A DNA stretch of 64,000 nucleotides from Eubacteriales bacterium (GTDB lineage: Bacteria; Bacillota; Clostridia; Oscillospirales; QAKW01), in contig JAZQJA010000046.1 of the NCBI GenBank assembly GCA_045541455.1, forward strand, positions 1,180 through 65,179, read 5' to 3'. This document shows, one piece after another, positions 18,219-26,465 of the stretch. A program made the position numbers and the translations under genes. The notes beneath the pieces are model-generated. The model was not told where the DNA came from and made no database searches. It was given only the letters and a program-made list of their open reading frames with translations. Numbering within the stretch: position 1 is the stretch's first letter; every line of letters starts with the position of its first letter.

Positions 18219-20276
18219 AATTTTCATTGCAATATCCCACGCCTGCCAAATAACAGTACGTAAATTGCCAACCTTTGATGCATCGCCAACAATATGAATA
18301 TGTTTGCCTTTTGGTGCTATAGGTGCAGGTTTATAACCAACAGATACAATAACGCTGTCACATGGAATTACAGAAGTTGCACCGTTTTTATCAGTTACTG
18401 TAACGCTGTTATTTGAAATTTCATTTGTGCGTGTTTCAAGAAAAGCAGGGACTTTATTAAGAGTAAAGAAATCACGCAGATAACTTGTATTTGCAAGGCA
18501 GATTTTATCACTCACAATAAGATCATTTTTCATTTCAATGATTGTAGGGTGTTTACCCTGAAGATAGAGGTCATACGCTATTTCGCAACCTGTAAGTCCG
18601 CCGCCGATAACAACTACATTTTCACCGACTTCTTTATTGCCAAGCAAGTAATCAACTGCCGATATAGCGTGCTGTGCACCCTTAACTGATAGTTTATTTT
18701 CAACAGCACCGGTTGCAACAATAACTTCGTCTGCATCAAGCGATTTTACATCGGTAACCGTTGTATTAAGCTTAATTTTAATAGGATATTTTGCGATTTC
18801 TCTGTTATACCATGCAATAAGTTCGCGGTCTTTTTCTTTAAATGACGGCGCAGCAGCTGCAACAAACACACCGCCGAGTTTATCACTTTTTTCGTAAAGA
18901 GTAACACTGTGTCCGCGCTTTGCAAGTACAATTGCCGCTTCCATACCGCCTATACCGCCGCCAATAACAGCGACTTTTTTAACTTTTTTAGCGGGAACTA
19001 TTTTATATTTATTTGATTGCATAACACGTGGGTCAAGTGCACAACGAGCAATATGGCTTGCATCATAAATACTTTGTGCATTAGCAACACCTTTGTAGTG
19101 AGCCATATTAAAACAAGCATTATGGCAGCATATACACGGACGAATATCTTCAAGTCTGTCCTCAATAAGTTTTGTAACCCACTGTGAGTCTGCAAGAAAT
19201 TGGCGTGCAACACCGACACCGTCGATAAGTCCGTCTGCAACAGCCTTTGCACCAACATCGGCTTCCATACGGCCTGCACAGACAACGGGAATGTCAACAA
19301 ACTTTTTGATATGTGCAACATCTTCAAGATTACAGTTTTGAGGCATATACATCGGCGGATGAGCCCAGTACCAAGAATCATAAGTACCGTTATCAGCATT
19401 AAGCATATCATAACCTGCATCTTGAAGATACTTTGCAGCCTTTTCACTTTCCTGCATATCTCTGCCGATTTCTGTATATTCCTCACCGGGAAGAGCACCA
19501 ACACAAAAATCCTTTACCTTTGACTCAACGGAATAACGCAAAGAAACAGGGTAATCATTACCGCACGCAGATTTTATTGCCTTTACAATTGCGACAGGAA
19601 AACGATAGCGGTTTTCAAATGAACCGCCGTATTGGTCGGTACGTTTATTGGTATATTTAAGCGTAAACTGGTCAAGCAGATACCCCTCATGCACAGCGTG
19701 TACTTCAACACCGTCAACACCTGCTTCTTTACAAAGTTTTGCAGTTTTTGCAAACGCGTCGATAATCTCCTCAATCTCCTTTACGGTGATTGCACGGCAT
19801 TTTACTTTATCTGACCAACGTGACGGAAGTTCACTTGGGCTTGCACTTTGATAAGGAATATTTATTATAGGTTTAATAATGTCGCGAATTACAGGTGCAT
19901 TGTGAAGCATTACAAGCGGGGTGGGAATTGCCCACGAACGTCCCATACCTGCTGTTAATTGAATAAACAGTTTGGCACCGGTTTTATGTATCTCATCCAT
20001 AAATTCTTTAAGTTCAACAAACATTTTTTTGTTTTGATACAGCCATTGGTTCATAAATGTACTGCGTATTGGTGCAATACCGGGAATAATTAAGCCGACA
20101 TTATTTTGCGCCTTTTCAATGAAAAATTTTGCCGCCTCTTTATCAAAATGATTTCCGGTATGTTCCATCCAACCAAACAAAGATGTACCGCCCATTGGAC
20201 ACAAAACAATTCTGTTTTTTATTTCTACATTACCGATTTTCCATGGTGTAAACAGTGCTTCATATTTCGAATCCAT
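18216..20276 (-). CDS. OYE-like FMN oxidoreductase fused to an FAD/NAD(P) domain (2-enoate / 2,4-dienoyl-CoA reductase family)
   Basis: N-terminal NADH:flavin oxidoreductase TIM barrel ([20 protein letters not shown]), Cys cluster CICCHNAC, and C-terminal GGGIGGME dinucleotide fold. The start is set at the MDSKYEALF Met. Confidence 0.85.
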   Translation of the reverse strand: MDSKYEALFTPWKIGNVEIKNRIVLCPMGGTSLFGWMEHTGNHFDKEAAKFFIEKAQNNVGLIIPGIAPIRSTFMNQWLYQNKKMFVELKEFMDEIHKTGAKLFIQLTAGMGRSWAIPTPLVMLHNAPVIRDIIKPIINIPYQSASPSELPSRWSDKVKCRAITVKEIEEIIDAFAKTAKLCKEAGVDGVEVHAVHEGYLLDQFTLKYTNKRTDQYGGSFENRYRFPVAIVKAIKSACGNDYPVSLRYSVESKVKDFCVGALPGEEYTEIGRDMQESEKAAKYLQDAGYDMLNADNGTYDSWYWAHPPMYMPQNCNLEDVAHIKKFVDIPVVCAGRMEADVGAKAVADGLIDGVGVARQFLADSQWVTKLIEDRLEDIRPCICCHNACFNMAHYKGVANAQSIYDASHIARCALDPRVMQSNKYKIVPAKKVKKVAVIGGGIGGMEAAIVLAKRGHSVTLYEKSDKLGGVFVAAAAPSFKEKDRELIAWYNREIAKYPIKIKLNTTVTDVKSLDADEVIVATGAVENKLSVKGAQHAISAVDYLLGNKEVGENVVVIGGGLTGCEIAYDLYLQGKHPTIIEMKNDLIVSDKICLANTSYLRDFFTLNKVPAFLETRTNEISNNSVTVTDKNGATSVIPCDSVIVSVGYKPAPIAPKGKHIHIVGDASKVGNLRTVIWQAWDIAMKI

Positions 20277-20412
20277 AAACCTAATCCACGCTTTCTTTAA
20301 TATAGATTTAGTATAATAAAATATAAAGTTTATGTCAAGAAACAATAACCTTGACAGTATATATTAAAAGGTGTTATATTTATTATAATAAAAATTCGGG
20401 AGGAAAATTTTT

Positions 20413-21369
20413 ATGCAAATTTTAATTATACTTGCAATTATACTTGTTGTTATAACGGTATTGTCCTGTGTAAGAATTGTACCGCAGGCAACCGAATATG
20501 TAATTGAGTTTTTGGGCAAATACAAAACCACTTGGGGTGCCGGAATTCATTTTATGATTCCTTACATTGAGCGCGTGGCAAAGCGCATTACTTTAAAAGA
20601 GCAAGTGCTTGATTCACCGCCTCAGCCTGTTATTACAAAAGATAATGTTACAATGCAAATTGACGCAGTTGTATTTTTTAGAATTTTTGATGCAAAACTT
20701 TATGCTTACGGTGCTGTAAATCCTATTTCTGCACTTGAAAATTTAACCGCAACTACTTTACGTAACATCGTTGGTGAACTCGAACTTGACAATACTCTCA
20801 CGTCGCGTGATACCATAAATGCAAAAATGACGGCTATTTTAGACGATGCAACTGACCAATGGGGTATTAAAGTAGGCAGGGTTGAACTTAAAAATATAAT
20901 CCCACCCGCAGAAATTCAAAACGCAATGGAAAAGCAGATGAAAGCAGAGCGTGACCGCCGCGAAACATTACTTCAGGCAGAAGGCCACAAAGCAGCAGCA
21001 ATCACCCGTGCCGAAGGTGACAAGCAAGCCATGATTTTGGCCGCAGAGGGCGAGCGCGATGCACGTATTGCACGGGCTGAAGGTGAAGCCAGGGCGATAT
21101 TCCTTGCAAAAGAAGCCGAAGCAAAAGGCCTTGAAATGTTACGCAATGCCTGCCCTAACGAAGCAGTACTTGAACTTAAAAAGTACGAAGCACTTGTTAA
21201 AATGTCAGACGGAAAAGCTTCGAAAATAATTGTCCCTACTGATGCAGTAAATGCAGTTAAATCGAATGTTATATTTTCAGAAACAACCGGACTTGGTGAT
21301 GTGACTGAGCCGGCACCCGAACAGCCAGAGCCTGTAAAAAACGATCCGTGCTGTGAAAGATTTTTATAA
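20413..21369 (+). CDS. SPFH/band-7 (stomatin-like) membrane protein
   Basis: N-terminal TM helix, SPFH core (RITLKEQVLDSPPQPVITKDNV) and an Ala/Glu-rich coiled-coil tail. Confidence 0.9.
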   Translation: MQILIILAIILVVITVLSCVRIVPQATEYVIEFLGKYKTTWGAGIHFMIPYIERVAKRITLKEQVLDSPPQPVITKDNVTMQIDAVVFFRIFDAKLYAYGAVNPISALENLTATTLRNIVGELELDNTLTSRDTINAKMTAILDDATDQWGIKVGRVELKNIIPPAEIQNAMEKQMKAERDRRETLLQAEGHKAAAITRAEGDKQAMILAAEGERDARIARAEGEARAIFLAKEAEAKGLEMLRNACPNEAVLELKKYEALVKMSDGKASKIIVPTDAVNAVKSNVIFSETTGLGDVTEPAPEQPEPVKNDPCCERFL

Positions 21370-21379
21370 AATTTAAAAT

Positions 21380-21418
21380 AAGCTGTAAAAAACGATTGTT
21401 TTTTACAGCTTATTTTTT
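21380..21418. terminator. Bidirectional intrinsic terminator
   Basis: AAGCTGTAAAAAAC-GATT-GTTTTTTACAGCTT followed by a T-run. Confidence 0.85.
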
Positions 21419-22305
21419 TATTCTTTTGTTCTGTTTTTAAGATCCAAAAATTCTTCTTTTGTAATACCGTTTCTCACATCGGCATCAAGCGGGGTAAGAA
21501 ATGAACTTCCCAAACTTGAAGGATTTCCGCGAAGATGCGGATAGTTTGAAAGTTTACCGGTATGGTCAGTACCGCCTGACACATACATATTATGTTCCTT
21601 AGCAAATTTATAAGCTTCTTTTGAATCAAATTCATTAATATCAGGATGGTCATACTCAACACAGTTAAGACCGTAACTGAAAAGTTCAGGCAAGCACTGT
21701 GTTTGATTGTGAGGGTGAGCAAGGCTTGCAATACCGCCTGCATCACGAATTATTTTTATAAATTCTTTTGCAGAATACGCACGATTTGTTTTTTTATACT
21801 CTACCTTTTTTGTATTAAACGATCTTACAAAACGCCAATAATCTTTTTGTTCCCAATCTGTAAGTTTTACAAGTGTTGCAAAAACCTGTTCATTACAAAT
21901 CCAGCACCTCTCTGGAGAGTTATCAAGCACATCTTGCCAAGTTATCCCCTCAAAAGCACCTTCTGCAATACACGCTTTAAACCGTGCCTCTGTAAGAGCC
22001 ATTGCAGAATCTTCCTCGTTTTTTAGATATTCTGCCATAGCAGGTGCAGTAGGGTCAAAATGATATGCCACGATATGAAAATTATGACCGTCTGCTTTTC
22101 CGTTTCCTTCCAAACCTAATATATAATCAATTCCAACCTGTTTGGCTGCAGCCTCAAAACTTTTCCAGCCCGACACAGTGTGATGGTCAGTTATTGAAAG
22201 AGCCCCAAAACCTAGTTCTTTTGCCTTAGCACAAAGTTCATACGGTGTAAGCACACCGTCAGAATGAACTGTATGAAGATGCATATTTGCATATTTCATA
22301 GACAT
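21418..22305 (-). CDS. PHP-domain phosphoesterase
   Basis: NMHLHTVHSDG and SITDHHTV metal-binding motifs, and a late GGTDHTG. Confidence 0.85.
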   Translation of the reverse strand: MSMKYANMHLHTVHSDGVLTPYELCAKAKELGFGALSITDHHTVSGWKSFEAAAKQVGIDYILGLEGNGKADGHNFHIVAYHFDPTAPAMAEYLKNEEDSAMALTEARFKACIAEGAFEGITWQDVLDNSPERCWICNEQVFATLVKLTDWEQKDYWRFVRSFNTKKVEYKKTNRAYSAKEFIKIIRDAGGIASLAHPHNQTQCLPELFSYGLNCVEYDHPDINEFDSKEAYKFAKEHNMYVSGGTDHTGKLSNYPHLRGNPSSLGSSFLTPLDADVRNGITKEEFLDLKNRTKE

Positions 22306-22326
22306 TACCTCTCTAATTTTATTTTT

Positions 22327-23367
22327 TTATATATCAAGTACATAAGCCAATAATAGATTTGTCGTGTTTTCAAGACCTATAATATGAGTCCGTTCCCTTC
22401 CGTGACTGCTATATACAGCCATTCCAAATGCTGCACTTTTTAAATTATTGCCAGCCCTTAGTGAAGCACTGGAATCGGTTCCGTAACGATGGAACACATC
22501 AACACAATAGTCACACCCTGCTTTTTTAGCATACTCAACAATACGGTTTGTAAGTGCATAGTCATAAGGTGCCGTATTATCTTTTGCACATATACTAACT
22601 GAGTATTCATTTCCGTCAAGGTCTGGCCCAATAAGCCCGATATCCACCGCAACATACTCCAAAACACCTTTAGGAACATAAGTTCCTCCCAAACCTATTT
22701 CCTCATAATACGGAAATGCAATGATTGTTTTATATTTCGGTTTAAGATTGTTTGAAGTAAGATATTTAAGCATAGTAAAGCAGCAAGCAATCGCTGCCTT
22801 ATCATCGATATACCGCGATTTAAGGTAGCCGTTTTGTGTAAATTGGCAGTGCGGCTCGACCGAAATGAAATCACCGTTTTGAATACCCAAAGCCGTTACA
22901 TCCTGTTTGCTTTTTACATTCGCATCTAAAATCACGCGCATTGTTTCTTCATTTCGTTCAAGAGTATGGCCATCGTCAAAAACATGCGGTGAATGGGATT
23001 TACAAATAATCATACCTGTATATTCCCTTCCGTCACGTGTATACACGGTAACGGTTTCACCCTCAACACTGGGCATACACATACCGCCGAGTTTTTTTAT
23101 GCGAAGCATACCGTTATTTTCAATGCTTCTGACAATTAACCCAACTGTATCAGCATGAGCACCAATTAAAACAGTTTTTTCGTCACTTTCGCCCTCTAAA
23201 GTTATGTATGCTGTATTTTTGTTATCAAACGTAACGTCTAATCCAAGTTGTTGTGCAATTTGTTTCAAAACAGGATTGAGTTTTATATAGTATCCAACCG
23301 GACTTGGAACCGACACTATTTTTTCAAAACAGCTTAGTAAATATTGCCTGTCAATTTCAAATTTCAT
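22327..23367 (-). CDS. M42 family metallopeptidase (glutamyl aminopeptidase / FrvX-like)
   Basis: LIGAHADTVGL, IDDKAA and YEEIGLGG motifs. About 346 aa from the MKFEIDRQ Met. Confidence 0.87.
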   Translation of the reverse strand: MKFEIDRQYLLSCFEKIVSVPSPVGYYIKLNPVLKQIAQQLGLDVTFDNKNTAYITLEGESDEKTVLIGAHADTVGLIVRSIENNGMLRIKKLGGMCMPSVEGETVTVYTRDGREYTGMIICKSHSPHVFDDGHTLERNEETMRVILDANVKSKQDVTALGIQNGDFISVEPHCQFTQNGYLKSRYIDDKAAIACCFTMLKYLTSNNLKPKYKTIIAFPYYEEIGLGGTYVPKGVLEYVAVDIGLIGPDLDGNEYSVSICAKDNTAPYDYALTNRIVEYAKKAGCDYCVDVFHRYGTDSSASLRAGNNLKSAAFGMAVYSSHGRERTHIIGLENTTNLLLAYVLDI

Positions 23368-23492
23368 TTTATACCCCAAATTTAATATATTTTCATTTTC
23401 AGTATAGCATTATGAAATTAAAATTTCAAGGTAATACATTTTAATTAGATTATATGGATAGAAAAGAAAAACTACATTTTTTCTTTTCTAAA

Positions 23493-23568
23493 TCGCTTCG
23501 GGTTCAAATCCCTTTGTTTTTACTTAATATAAAAAGACAACCAACCCTTTTGGGTCAGTTGTCTTTTT
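23493..23568 (+). repeat. 76-bp direct repeat, copy 1 (T-arm-like GGGTTCAAATCCC plus hairpin terminator)
   Basis: 75/76 identical to 23734-23809 (offset 241 nt, single T/C difference at 23509/23750). The hairpin AAAGACAACCAACCC / GGGTCAGTTGTCTTT is flanked by an A-run and a T-run. Confidence 0.9.
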
Positions 23569-23571
23569 TTT

Positions 23572-23594
23572 TGGCGGAGAAAGAGGGATTTGAA
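23572..23594 (-). repeat. Orphan copy of the last 23 nt of tRNA-Ser(GCU) (att-like)
   Basis: TGGCGGAGAAAGAGGGATTTGAA is identical to 24770-24792. Identity stops at the T-loop/T-stem boundary and there is no upstream tRNA body. Confidence 0.85.
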
Positions 23595-23733
23595 GTTGTT
23601 TTACAACCCCGTTTGCACCTTTCAAAAAAATCTTCGGGCTTCGCTCCTCCTCGATTTTTTTGGGTGCTGCACCCGCTATCCGCCTCGCTTTATCGTCCAC
23701 AGGACGCGCTCGCCGTCGCGACCCGCGACTCCG

Positions 23734-23809
23734 TCGCTTCGGGTTCAAACCCCTTTGTTTTTACTTAATATAAAAAGACAACCAACCCTTTTGGGTCAGT
23801 TGTCTTTTT
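23734..23809 (+). repeat. 76-bp direct repeat, copy 2
   Basis: See copy 1. Its hairpin lies 60 nt downstream of the ASCH gene stop and can act as that gene's terminator. Confidence 0.9.
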
Positions 23810-23869
23810 ATTTGAAAGGGTTGTACAAATTCGATGACCTTAAATTTTTTGACCTATGTGTTTGAACTC

Positions 23870-24220
23870 CTACATATTCATCAGTTCAACTTCTATACCT
23901 AATACTCCGTATTTGTTCTGTTCGGTAATAGAATAATACTTTTCCATATCTTTTGGAGATGCAATATGTAATTGCTCTGACGAATATCCGCATTTGTTTA
24001 GCGGAAGAGATTTGTATAATTCAGTAAAGTTTGCAAAATTGTGAATTTTAATTATTTTAACACGTAGTGTTTCGTTTGGATTTGAGGCATTTGAAAACTC
24101 TATAATATTACCAATATTGATTGCTTGACGTTTTTTGTCATTTAACCTTAATTCAATAGTTTTTTCACCACGCGCCATTTGATGAAAAGCATTGGGGTTT
24201 AGCTTCATATAATGTATCAT
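23870..24220 (-). CDS. ASCH domain protein
   Basis: MKLNPNAFHQMARGEKTIELRLNDKKRQ...YGVLGIEVE matches the ASCH/PUA-like beta-barrel pattern. ATGA start/stop overlap with the upstream gene. Confidence 0.78.
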   Translation of the reverse strand: MIHYMKLNPNAFHQMARGEKTIELRLNDKKRQAINIGNIIEFSNASNPNETLRVKIIKIHNFANFTELYKSLPLNKCGYSSEQLHIASPKDMEKYYSITEQNKYGVLGIEVELMNM

Positions 24221-24573
24221 TTATTATTTTCCTTTGCTGTGTTAATTGAGGCAATAAGAATTCGTTTTATTTCCAAGCAATCGTCAAGTAAAGAATTACT
24301 CATCTTATCATCAATATATTCAGACATATAAAGTAATTTTATCCAATATTCCGTTTCGGCAGTTTCTTTTAGAGCTATGTGCATTTTAGAAATAAAATCA
24401 GCTTTACTTTGACCGTAATTCGCTTCATTTATATTTGCACCTATACTTGTACCACTACGAACAATTTGTTTTGAAATGACAGTCTCTTTTTTATTTTTAA
24501 TTAAATGCTGATGTAATTTCACAATTCTTGCTGCAAAAGCAATAGATTTATCTATAAGCAAATTTTCTTTCAT
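24217..24573 (-). CDS. Four-helix-bundle protein (23S rRNA intervening-sequence protein / Avd-like family)
   Basis: QIVRSGTSIGANINEANYGQSKADFISKMHIALKETAETEYWIKLL is the family signature. AAGGCGGTG RBS before ATG 24573, so the tracked GTG at 24582 is within the RBS. Confidence 0.85.
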   Translation of the reverse strand: MKENLLIDKSIAFAARIVKLHQHLIKNKKETVISKQIVRSGTSIGANINEANYGQSKADFISKMHIALKETAETEYWIKLLYMSEYIDDKMSNSLLDDCLEIKRILIASINTAKENNK

Positions 24574-24595
24574 ATAATACACCGCCTTTTCACAT

Positions 24596-24624
24596 ATTAT
24601 AGCAGAAACTTTATGTTAAATCAA
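24596..24624 (-). promoter_or_regulatory. Putative sigma-A promoter of the four-helix-bundle/ASCH operon
   Basis: Minus strand reads TTGATT, 17 nt, TATAAT. Confidence 0.55.
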
Positions 24625-24724
24625 TTATTCATTATTCATCAGCGAAGCGTTTTCATCATTCAATATTCATTACGAAAATCCGTTTCAATGAATGATGAAT
24701 AATGAAAAATGAATAGTGAATAAT
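24624..24724. repeat. Array of about ten GAATRRT heptamers in dyad arrangement
   Basis: Five tandem units at 24687-24721 (AATGAAT GATGAAT AATGAAA AATGAAT AGTGAAT). About five inverted units at 24624-24640 and 24651-24671. Dyad centre near 24679. Confidence 0.7.
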
Positions 24725-24770
24725 ACAAAACGAAAATCCTGCCGACAAGAATCGACAGGATTTTCGTTTT
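24723..24770 (-). terminator. Intrinsic terminator after tRNA-Ser
   Basis: AAAACGAAAATCCTG...CAGGATTTTCGTTTT stem, with a minus-strand T-run after it. Confidence 0.75.
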
Positions 24771-24860
24771 GGCGGAGAAAGAGGGATTTGAACCCTCGCG
24801 ACGGTTACCCGCCCTACGCCCTTAGCAGGGGCGCCTCTTCGGCCTCTTGAGTATTTCTCC
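24770..24860 (-). tRNA. tRNA-Ser (anticodon GCU), CCA encoded
   Basis: GGAGAAATACTCAAGAGGCCGAAGAGGCGCCCCTGCTAAGGGCG...GAGGGTTCAAATCCCTCTTTCTCCGCCA. Anticodon loop CTGCTAA, long variable arm, canonical T-arm. Confidence 0.95.
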
Positions 24861-24896
24861 ACAAGATGACGAAAATATTATTAGTCAACAACAGTT

Positions 24897-24925
24897 ATTA
24901 TAAACAAACCTTGCCATTTTGTCAA
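24897..24925 (-). promoter_or_regulatory. Consensus sigma-A promoter of tRNA-Ser
   Basis: Minus strand reads TTGACA, 17 nt, TATAAT. The -10 hexamer ends 36 nt before the mature tRNA 5' end. Confidence 0.7.
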
Positions 24926-24933
24926 TAGACTTT

Positions 24934-25689
24934 TTAAAAGCTTTTGCCGTATTTACGCTTAAAAAACTTTGCCATTAAAAAAGATACACCTTTTTTTAAA
25001 ACATTGACCTTTTCGGTATAGATAAACGGATATTCTACAAAAGAAATTTTGTTTGTATTTATATAAACATCTAGCAAAAGTTCTGATACCCTACCAAAAA
25101 AGCGAGCATGAAATGCATCGTATTCAAGATTGACTGTCCTTTTTTCGAGTTCAAACAAAATATCAAACAGCCATTCACAGTACTTATCAAAGTTCGCACG
25201 CTTCATTATAAACATATTAAACATATGAGCACTGCGGCGTGTATGCAACTTTTCAAGTTCCACACAGTATTCAGGGTACTTTTCTTTAATAATATCAAAA
25301 GTTATATCAAGAGGTTTTGCATGTAATGTATTTACATAGTGAGAATAAAGATTTTCGATATAATAGTTACGCTTTTTGGGGAGCACAACATCGGTATTTT
25401 TCAACATTTCTATTACATCGTTTTTACCAAGAATCTTTTTACCTTTACCGAAAAGACGACGGTAATGGACAAGACCAATATAATCAGCATCAAGATTTTT
25501 CCAAGCCCAATATATACCCGTAAGTTCACAAAAGCTTGGGTTTTTTTCAGAAATGTTATCACCACTGTCATCACGCTGAAAACCGATAGACTCTTTACCG
25601 GCGGCACCCACATGAACAGGAAGATAAATGTCATCCTGAGGTACAGATGCTTTTTTATGTGTAGCAACAATTATTTTAATGTTATCCAC
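24934..25689 (-). CDS. DUF4422-family glycosyltransferase (exopolysaccharide biosynthesis)
   Basis: IIVATHKK...CELTGIYWAWKN...GLVHYRR pattern typical of DUF4422. Sits in a sugar-transferase/LCP cluster. Confidence 0.78.
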   Translation of the reverse strand: MDNIKIIVATHKKASVPQDDIYLPVHVGAAGKESIGFQRDDSGDNISEKNPSFCELTGIYWAWKNLDADYIGLVHYRRLFGKGKKILGKNDVIEMLKNTDVVLPKKRNYYIENLYSHYVNTLHAKPLDITFDIIKEKYPEYCVELEKLHTRRSAHMFNMFIMKRANFDKYCEWLFDILFELEKRTVNLEYDAFHARFFGRVSELLLDVYINTNKISFVEYPFIYTEKVNVLKKGVSFLMAKFFKRKYGKSF

Positions 25690-26444
25690 TAAACTGCACC
25701 TTCTCTTTTAAACACCTTTTTAAATGTCTTTAAAAATATAATAAAATCACGACGGTTACCGCAACGGCTGTAATATTCTTCATCAAGTTTTAGTCTGTCT
25801 TCAAATGTAAGATTTGACCTGCCTGCAACCTGCCATGGCCCTGTTATGCCCGGTTTTACTTTGATAATATATTTATAATATTCACCCATAGCCTCTTTCT
25901 CACTTACAAGATACGGGCGAGGGCCAACCAGGCTCATTTTACCTATAAGAACATCAACAAACTGGGGCCATTCGTCAAGAGACGTTTCACGTAAAAACGC
26001 ACCGGTACGTGTTACACGAGGGTCGTTTTTGAGTTTTCTGTTAATTTCGAACTCTTTTGCTTCATCGGGATTTTTTTCAAGGTACTGTTTAAGAGCCTCA
26101 TCGGCATTTTCAATCATACTACGGAATTTATGAATACAAAATATTTTACCATCTTTTCCAATACGCTCTTGTTTATAAAATATAGGTCCGCGCTCATTAT
26201 AGATAATACGAAGAATTATTACAAACAGTGTTATAGGTACCAAAGCAACAGTGCCGAAAACGCCTGCTACAAAATCTATTAATCTTTTAACAAAACGGCT
26301 GTAGAGATTACGAAAAGTACGCTGTGCAATTTTATCTTCATGCTCACGGTTTTTTCTTCTAAACTCCTTAAGCTGTTCGTTATCCATATTTTTAATTTCT
26401 TCAAGAATTTCAATCTCATCAAGAGGTTGTTTCCTAAAATCCAA
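25689..26444 (-). CDS. Undecaprenyl-phosphate sugar phosphotransferase (bacterial sugar transferase family)
   Basis: KRLIDFVAG..., PIFYKQERIGKDGKIFCIHKFRSM and DEWPQFVDVLIGKMSLVGPRP motifs. Confidence 0.9.
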   Translation of the reverse strand: MDFRKQPLDEIEILEEIKNMDNEQLKEFRRKNREHEDKIAQRTFRNLYSRFVKRLIDFVAGVFGTVALVPITLFVIILRIIYNERGPIFYKQERIGKDGKIFCIHKFRSMIENADEALKQYLEKNPDEAKEFEINRKLKNDPRVTRTGAFLRETSLDEWPQFVDVLIGKMSLVGPRPYLVSEKEAMGEYYKYIIKVKPGITGPWQVAGRSNLTFEDRLKLDEEYYSRCGNRRDFIIFLKTFKKVFKREGAV

Positions 26445-26465
26445 AATATTTCACCTACTTAGAAA

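Larger units (their letters stand above)
23572..24792 (-). mobile_element. Putative decayed or non-autonomous integrative islet in the tRNA-Ser 3' end
   Basis: 23-nt direct repeats at both ends, one inside the intact tRNA. The interior holds 2 small genes, repeats and a GC-rich segment, with no recombinase. Confidence 0.45.

Noticed and set aside
18998-19504. 168-aa ORF and many similar 60-170-aa ORFs nested inside or antisense to large genes (e.g. 4385-4663, 8837-9232, 38399-38869, 30585-30971)
   Set aside because: All lie within or antisense to genes with strong family signatures. They lack RBSs and have Cys/Phe/Leu-rich shadow-frame composition, so there is no evidence of independent coding.
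23595-23733. GC-rich segment as tmRNA, SRP RNA, RNase P RNA or group II intron domain V
   Set aside because: None of the diagnostic motifs is present: the tmRNA GGGG...ACCA tRNA-like ends, the SRP GGAA/AGCA loop, RNase P conserved regions, or the 34-nt domain V consensus. It is left as unknown.
23454-23865. Three overlapping tracked ORFs (104, 74 and 91 aa) across the repeat and GC-rich region
   Set aside because: They run through the orphan tRNA fragment, both 76-bp repeats and the terminator hairpins. They have no RBS, and their sequences are repeat-derived or implausibly basic. They are treated as non-coding.
24637-24643. CUGAUGA (hammerhead core box) on the minus strand within the heptamer array
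   Set aside because: No adjacent stem II, GAAA box or cleavage-site helix could be drawn. The match is a by-product of the GATGAAT heptamers.
24656-24862. 68-aa minus-strand ORF
   Set aside because: It overlaps the whole tRNA-Ser gene, its terminator and the heptamer array. It is an artefact of the open frame.
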